Shown piece after piece: positions 33,908 to 42,002 of a stretch of DNA of 42,002 bases. Each line of letters opens with the position of its first letter. Within the stretch, counting starts at the first letter, position 1. Made by a program: the position numbers and the translations under genes. The stretch is from Dimargaris cristalligena (Eukaryota), in the NCBI GenBank assembly GCA_003614675.1, contig ML002322.1, forward strand, positions 1 through 42,002. The letters are read 5' to 3'. The notes beneath the pieces are model-generated. The model made no database searches. It was not told the DNA's origin and saw nothing but the letters and a program-made list of their open reading frames with translations.

Positions 33908-36900
33908 GTTGGTCTAAGGGTCTTACAAAAATGTAATAGGGAAGTCAAAGGTGTAAACAAGAGCACTACAGAGGGTAAGTCTTGGCAGAAATCCTGTGCG
34001 AGCAATACAGTATTTATAAATAAGCCGCGCCAATAGCCAGTTACTTGGGAGAGAGAGTGCCTTGGTGTAAAAATGTCTGGCCAGTAGTGGAGATGTCGGA
34101 GGGACTCGCTGGGTTTTGCGTTGAATCCAAAAGCGACGATTACATGATTTGTTGAGCCATCGCCGGGGCACAATGAATCTCCCGTATGAAGGATAATGGG
34201 GGAATGAGGCCAACCCCTGTTCTCTTGTGCAGGTTTAAATGGTGGTACCACCCAAACCAATTAATGAATTGGTAAGAGTGGTTCAAGAATAAGCTGCGGT
34301 TACATTCGTCATTTTTGTGACCTACTAAGCCCCAGCGGCGCTTTCCGTGTGGCTCATTATAACGGTTTATCTGCATGACTAAGAGGGGTGGGCTAGCCGA
34401 GGCCATTTTTCGGCCGCTCGCTTGGCTATCGTCGAAAGAATGCGGCAAAGACCAGCCGCTGTCCAATTTACAGTGAGAGGTTAACATTATAAAAATAAAA
34501 CCGGATTAACAATGTTACCGGTAAATTCTTCCTTACTAACAGCTAAATCGTTCAAGGGTAGGGTAGAGCGCTGTCTGTCTGCAGACCACAGAAATGCGAA
34601 AGTCTCAATTATTTTAGACGAATATGTAGGTGATCAGTTAGCGAGCCCACTAAAAATGGCAAGCAATTAGCCATGTCCGTCGAAAATACTTTAACACAGG
34701 CGGCCATTTCCCAAAGTATTAGTGGCCTATAGCTTATCCAGTGTTGCTGGTCAAACCACAGGTTGGGCTGGGGTAGTGTACCGTAGGGATAATACTTTAA
34801 CCAGATGGGTATACACGTGACTGTGGAACCGATAGACCCTTCATCCTACCGTAATCGGATTTCGGCGTTTTGCGAAATACCAATTGCAAAACATGGACTA
34901 GGCCCGCCATATCAGTTAACATATATATCCCTATATATTATCCCTCATCTTCCTAATGTCTATGGGTTCGAATACACTAATGTCGGGTTCCTTTATGTTG
35001 AATATGCATAGGACTTGCATCTTAATTCGGCCCCAACCTAAGATTCTCACTTTGCCTCATTGACATATTATCGCCATCGAATCTACTGCCGACCTCGCTT
35101 ATAATCCCAGTACAATTCCCGTTCGTAGAGGTATGCCTTTCGGGATAATAGTCAAACGAATAGGTGTTATTCTACGAAATGTACCCAATGGGTTATGGAG
35201 TGGAAACTGGGAGGGTCATAAATGATCTTATCAGTCCGAACTAAACGGCGAGGAATTCCGATGACATGGCTTGAACAATGGGCTGTATTGGCTGTACACT
35301 TGTTTCGCTCTAAAATACTCCCTACAATTAGGCCACCAGTTGAAGGACCCGGTTCAAGCGCCGCCCCTTTAAATCGGGCACTGAGTGGGGACCACTGGCG
35401 AAAAGAAGCCCAAGGAATACTATGGAAATGCCGCTATAAAAAATATACACATTAGGTCCGCAACTCTCAAGGTAGACGGGTGCGGTATGTTCGCGAGGTG
35501 CCCTTAGCCTAAAGGATATACGTCGCCAATATACAGCTGGGACGCCTGGTCCCTTTACCCCGGCATAGTTTGGACCCTGTCACAATGTTGGAGTCGGTAA
35601 ATCGGAGTATAACTGTCGAGCTATAGGGCCGCTTATAGGGAGAATCAGTTATCCAAATAGTCCGTTGGTTCATTCTGGTATTTGGCGTCCGATAATAAAT
35701 TTATCATAGTAAAGGCCAGTGCATAATTGATTTTTTTCAGCTGAGAATGGCTAGTTTATCAAATGGGCGATACTAGTGAGGGCAAGGGAAGCCCGTCCAA
35801 GGCGGCAAGGCTGTACAATAACCGGCGGATAGGCCTGTAAAAGTACCACGATATAGGAATAGTTGACGTTCTTTAGCCAACTCTATATTAGCCGATTATT
35901 AATGGTATACGAGTAAAATGGTTCGAAATTTCATCTGTAGACTCAATAAGTGACCTCCCGGCGGTTCTTTCTACCCATGACCCCCATTCATTAGGGGAAT
36001 TCAAGCCATCTGCGTCTTTAGTCGGCTAATAGTATGAGAAGATGAAACCGGCGGAGACACCGGTTACATCTAGTGTGGCTATGTGCAACAACGCCCGTCT
36101 TTGGAAGTTTCCTTTTAAAATCACCGACACTGAATAGCTTCATTGGGAGGTATGCAAAATGGCGGTTTTCGAACGCGATAAAATGTACCCATATCCTCCG
36201 TGGCTATATATTATCCCCGAAACCGCTACTGTGTGAGATCATTTCACTGAGATTAACCATTCTCTAAGGTTACTACTGCCCTGAGTTGATAATGGAGTCT
36301 TAATGACCATCCGAAGTAGCTGCAGTAGACTTGTTTATACGAGGTTTCAGCTTAGTATCGGCGCTAGCAGTGCTATCAAAATATTCTTAAAACATCTGGC
36401 TATCAAGAATCCTATGGCTTCCTCCCCTCTCTAGAAATGCTTATCACCCTTGATTGAGGTCCTAGGGCCGATGGGTGCCCTAATTAGCACCTGAATACAC
36501 TGAATGACGAACATATATAGTTGGCCTATCTGTGCTGGGTAGATCATAAATTCATTACACCGCAGCCGTAAAATAATATTACTGATATGGAAAAAACAAC
36601 GGAGTGCCTGGTCTCAGCAGCGGGGTGTGAAGCCCAATGGTAGATAGGTCTATATCGACTTTTTAGGCCTGCAAAAACAATCAAATGAATAATTTTTTCC
36701 GATTACGGCCGTTCCAGTGGTGGCTACTATACCTAGAGGCCATTTCCTACCATAGTGAAAACCATCCTAAAGCCTTCCTGTTCGAACTTGGCAATTGGCC
36801 CAGCGCTTGGGTGGATAACGGCCAATATAAACCTCAGTTGAAGGAGATACCCACATCACCAGGCGACAGTATGGTTATGCCGCGGACATGGATCGACGGG

Positions 36901-39900
36901 GTAGAGCACTGTAGATTTATTTGGAATTGTATAATCACCAATGTTACTGGAGTAGCCGTAATAAAGTTTATCGGGCCTCCTCTGGTCTTCTTTCGCTTTA
37001 CATTTAAGCACGGCGGGAAAGCCGTGATGTAAATTTTTCTATAGTTTGTCGTTGGCAAAATCTACACCAGATTCTAAAATTCACGGCACTTGTATATAAT
37101 AGGTGACATCTCAATGCTATGTAACGAAAGTATTGTATTGCCAATTTATGTGGACGGTGTGAGAGTCTCCAAGGGTATTTACTTATGCCTATTATGTGTT
37201 AAATTGCACACTTCCATTTCTGCTATTGACGGAAAAATTTACAGTGGCTCAATGCCCGTCTTGAATATCGCTACAGTTACAGGTCTTGGCGCTTCGTGTC
37301 AAAGTCTGGACTATAATGATGTAATAACAGCTCTAGTGGCGAGAGGATCGGATGTAAAAATATAAAAGGTAATGGGGGCTCATCTGATAATTTTAGGAGC
37401 AGGAAAAGTCAGGAAAAGTAAGAAAAAAATACTTCGCCAGTTCGGTTGTGGAACCCCGACCCTTGGTAACTCTACAATTAAGGGACTTCCCGAACAACAT
37501 ATTTTATAGTTGGATTCATTTTTATTGGTAAACTCCCGTATTCTTACTCAGTTAAAAGCAGTTTTACTACTTAACCTACGTTCGCATTATATACCACACC
37601 ATTGTAATTATATTCAATCCAGTTATCTGTCTCCAACGGAGTATTCTACCAAATGAATGTGTATTACCGGTAATAGCTTGTCAATAGGGTGGAAAATCAG
37701 CCCAGGACCAGCTGCAATAGTTTACTATCTTAGGGAATACCCTAAAGGGCGTGTTATCGTTGGGATACACAAGACAGGCGTAAATTTTAGATTTGAGGAG
37801 ACTGGCAATGAAAAATATATAATGTGATATTATGAGTCAAGAGTCCTCCTTTGGATGGAAATGGAGTGACCTGTTGTACTGTAAGAAGTAGCAGAGAGGA
37901 CTGATGTCCCTAGGGATAGGCATATAATTAATCTCGTGTATATGTATTTTTTACAATACTGGTGGATTCGGTTAGTCGACCCTGCAGGTGAAAATATGAG
38001 GTGGAATCCAACGGGACTATCTAGTTGTAGGTCCTGACAGGCCACTGTGTTTTGACCACTAGACTGACTGGTTAAAATCCACAGCGGAGTTGGTTTCGGT
38101 TTGGGAGTGTTCAGAAGATGATGGCATTTACAATACAAGTTAAGGGGCATCACCATTGTGCAGATGGAGTTTGTAAATGACTGGCCCTATCCAATCGAAC
38201 CCAAGTAGTATCCTCATTGGGGTTATTTATTTGGACTATTGCGACAGGTTGCGAAGGACCACAAGTGGCCAGGGAGGGACTTCCACCGAGGCACTTACTG
38301 ACCGGTACAATTGATCAGAGGCTTTTGGACGGTTTAAGCTGAAACAACCAATTGCTGAATTGGAAGGCTTTAGCGGACTTCCGGCGGGAAAGAGTAATAA
38401 TTGCCTTGGTATTGGCGTGTGGAGGGTGGGCTCTATTGAAAACAGCCTTATTTGCCAGAACTTGTAAACTAAATTGCAATCCGCGACTTTATCGGCTGGT
38501 TTGGATAATCATGGTGGAAATCTTGATTACGACAGTTGCCAATGTGAAGCCCCAACATTGGGCACTGTAGTTTATGGATACCCTATAGGTAAGGTTTACT
38601 GTAATTCACATCGGGCAACCACTCGTAAAATATTACACATTGTTCACTGCTACTTCTCAAGGAATATGGTTGGGCTACCGTCGCATGACCCGGCTGGGTG
38701 ATGTAATCTAATACAAGGGTACACAAATTACAAATAGAAGAACCGGTGGACAGTAGTTTCTCAGGAAATTCCCTCTGTATGGTACGGGGGAAGGCGCCGG
38801 AAGGCAGGGTGTGGCTGTTTACCATAACAAATGCCGTTGACAAGAGGTGCTGAAGAATGCTTATGTTTCTTATTAACTGGCGGCTGATACAACCACAATT
38901 AGCAATGTAATTATGATTTAATGACCCTAAATCCCTGGGAGGCATTTCTAATCAACCATTTATACAACATAAGGCACCCATGCTACAGCCGTCTCGCCCT
39001 ATAGGGCGTGGTCACTGAATAGTGTGCGCAATTGCACCGGAGTTCTAATCACCACTACACCAGCGCATGGGCTGCCGTACTAAGCGAACAGGGGCCGGGA
39101 GGTTCACTAGAAACCACTTTTAGCTACTCCGAATACGCCAGCTGGGTAGCGAGGGGTACTCACGTGATGTGTATAGATTGAACCCAAACTCCACCACTTG
39201 TTTACCTACTGCCCAGCCCTAATTCCACAAAGGCCTTCATAATTATGCTGAGATATCGGGCTACATTTAAGGGAAACCGGATACATACTGCTGAATGGAG
39301 AACTGGTACAAATGGTTCATCTTTATAGGGCTGATAGGGGAACACAACACAGGTCAGTCGGCTGAGGCATGATGTCGGAAGGATCGTGATTGTACTAATG
39401 TATAATTACAGGTGCAATCTGAGAGGCTGTGCAAGCGGGCGGTGTGGTAAAGGGATGATTGACCCATGTGTCTGTGGGGAAAGGTCCCCCCAGATGGAAA
39501 TGGTGATGGTACTGCCAATGTTTTTGGTGGTGACATAATGGGGCGGTAGTTACTCCTGGCGCCTAGATAAAATGGCCAGTGGCGATTCAGAAGGCGACTC
39601 AGATGGCCTAAACTCCCTCCCCTACATGGTGCATATCATCGCTCTATGCGGACAGAAGGGCTGTGTGTATGTAGTCCAACCCCTCTTCCCCCAGCCCACT
39701 CCTTCGTCCAGTGGTCCCCCACTACTCTCTTCCACCCGTTCTAACTTCCGCCAATTCGTCTCCATCTCTGCATTCTCAGTCCAATTGTCTAAACCACCTT
39801 CTCTGCATAACATTCCCTTCTGACTTGTTGCCCGGCCTCCGCAGCCCTGCCGTTCGGTCTAACGCTACCTGGACCGCTTCATTATCGCCTCGTTATCTCA

Positions 39901-39926
39901 TAACATATTCCTCCGCCATCGCCTAT

Positions 39927-41916
39927 ATGCCCGACCCCGGTTCCAATCCCACCAGCCCAAAACACCCGGCCGCCCCATCCAAGGGAGGGCCCGACGGGTC
40001 CGCAAGCAAGCTCCGTGCGACTTCCTCCACTCCCAAAGTATCGCCCTCCTCGCATCGGCGGCCTTCTAAACTCTTCAATACCCTGCGCGACTTCCTGCAG
40101 CCCAAGTCAGAGACCCGGGAGGTCTCGCACGCCAAGCTCGCTGCCCAGTTTTCCAATATCAGTGCCCGTGCTACGGCGCTGGACGGTCGTCAGCTCGCTC
40201 GGGCCATCGACCAGACCGTGCCCTTGTCCGATCGCCGGGTCCACATACGGGCACTCTGCCATTACATTCAATACCAACCGGTGGAACACATTGAGGCCCT
40301 CTGGCTGGCCGTCGAAGACTTGGTCGTGCCCTCGGCCGATCCCGCCGACCGCCACCTAACCCTGCGTTTCATGAGCGACCTTATTAAAGGTCAGTACAAC
40401 CGCCTGGGCATTCTCCGCACCGTATTCTACGACGTCCTGTGCCGCTGTCAGGCCTGGGAGGATTTTCCTTGGGTAATTCTCTGTCTGCGCCAACTGACCC
40501 GGGACGGCAAGGACCTGTACGCCTGCGAGCGTAAGCTGCTTCCCCACCTATTATGGTGGGTCGACGAGGCCCTCCAACGTAAGGACCGGACTCCGTTTGC
40601 GACCCCGGACCATCCCGACGAAAACTCCCCTGCTCCCGCTGCCGTCCCCCACTCCTCGGCCATCCCCGCTTCCCCCGCCAGCGCCAAGCCGATTGGATCG
40701 ACCTCCCAGTCCGCTTCTTCCTTCATTACCGCTACCCTGTCTAGTATTTTTTCGGGCGGTGGGACTATGCCGTCGAGCCTTTCCACGCCCACCCCCTCCC
40801 CGCTGCCCTCTGAGCCAGAAGACACCTCGCCTGACGTCTACCTGGATGGCGCCGATACCGTCATTGAAAATTCTCTGAGCTTCATCCGCGACGTCATCAA
40901 GATCAATTTCCCCATCATTCAAATACACCACATTGACCAACTCATCCATTACTTCTGTTGCCAGATCAACGACTACTGGCGACCCGCGCACATTATCCTA
41001 CTGATCCAGATCATTCGATGCATTATGATGCTGGGGCAGGTGCCCAAGTCGACGATGCCTACCTTCTTCCGTCTACTGAGTATCCTAATCAACCTCTCCG
41101 ATCCCCAGCTTTACCAAGAGCTCGATCGGGAGATTATCGGCAAACTGGTGAATACCCATTATTATTTCTACGCCATCCAGGAACTCACAGCCATCCTCCA
41201 GGACCCCTCCGACCGAGCCAACCTTCACCTTTGCCATGGCGCCATGTACCTTTTGAACCGCTGGGTTTGGGGTCATCCCGAACCTCAGAATGCCGAACCT
41301 TTCTACGGGACCTTCCTACACTTGACAGCCGAGATGCTTCGGCCAGCTCCCCTGGCCTCCAGCGCCATTGGAAGGCCCCCGGAAAAGTGGCCCCCGTTGC
41401 TCATGTACGACATTATGTACCAAGTGTACCACTTTGTCCGTTCCTGTGCCCCCTATATTGTGACAAACCAGGAACAGGTCACCTTGGATTTTGCGTTTCG
41501 TATAACTACCGTCGAATGGGAGGCTGTCCTCCTTATCCTGGAGCGGTACATTACCGAATGGGTGCAGAACCATACCAGCCAGTTGGCCGCTGCCCCCTAG
41601 CTTCCGCTTGACCGATGCCGCCCGAACCCCGTTGGAGCACCTGTTCCCACCCAAACTGACCGACGATGATGTGCATAACGGTCTGGCCACCCCGGAGCAG
41701 TTCAATCAGCCCATGACCCCGCTGGCGCGGGCCTCTTTCCACTGCCACCCCTTACCTGCGGATACCCCACCCGATCGCCGCCCCCTCCACCTTCGGCAAT
41801 GGCCCGAGCTCAACTGGGTGACCCACGATAACTTCCACCTAACATTACTTTACCTGATGGAGTTCGCCCACCTGCCGGTTGGCCGACCTGGGGCTGCCCG
41901 GTACGAACAGGGCTGA
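39927..41916 (+). CDS. TSC2: Tuberin (TSC2) N-terminal region (DUF3384-like), interrupted at 41598-41600 and apparently broken near 41875
   Basis: RRVHIRALC...IEALWLAVEDLV...RHLTLRFMSDLIKGQYNRLGILRTVFYDVL...LRQLTRDGKD matches my recollection of the tuberin N-terminus (VEALWKAVADLL...IVQGQGERLGVLRALFF). Coding-like sequence continues in the +1 frame to ~41875. Confidence 0.85.
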
Positions 41917-42002
41917 GCTAGACTCCCGTAGGCGAGGGCTGGTGGACGGGTCGGACAGTCGGTCCAAGTCCCGGCCAGGCATAGCGCCTGTAGTAGCTAT
42001 GG

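Noticed and set aside
34555-34600. GGTAGAGCG...CTGCAGA resembling a tRNA-Cys 5' half
   Set aside because: No T-arm or acceptor pairing.
37420-37500. tRNA-like 3' half on the - strand (GGGTCGGGGTTCCACAACC...T8)
   Set aside because: T-loop is non-canonical and no D-arm or acceptor stem can be built.
1-42002. Prokaryotic systems (CRISPR arrays, operons, prophage) or intact transposase/RT genes
   Set aside because: No regularly spaced repeats or such ORFs seen; genes have spliceosomal introns.

Overview
Eukaryotic, intron-containing fungal DNA. Gene content and style suggest an early-diverging fungus such as a Zoopagomycota/Dimargaritales-like mycoparasite, but that assignment is inference. Housekeeping block (3.8-18.6 kb): a 7-exon TRM44 tRNA methyltransferase, SDH2, a MIT-like domain protein, PPT1 thioesterase, a kynurenine formamidase-like hydrolase and a 4-exon PalC/Rim23 BRO1 protein. 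Gene-sparse accessory block (19.6-39.6 kb): two ABHD4/5-Cld1/Ict1-like hydrolase paralogs flank two paralogous 110-aa secreted pre-pro-peptides with a shared Kex2 site, which are separated by a CpG-depleted repeat relic. A signal-peptide plus F-box-like gene follows. The window ends in the 5' half of a TSC2/tuberin gene that has an in-frame stop/frameshift and an apparent strand-inversion junction. The strongest novelty candidates are the Kex2-processed peptide pair and the secreted F-box-like protein, both possible effectors. Three diverged copies of a CpG-eroded repeat family point to CpG methylation of repeats.
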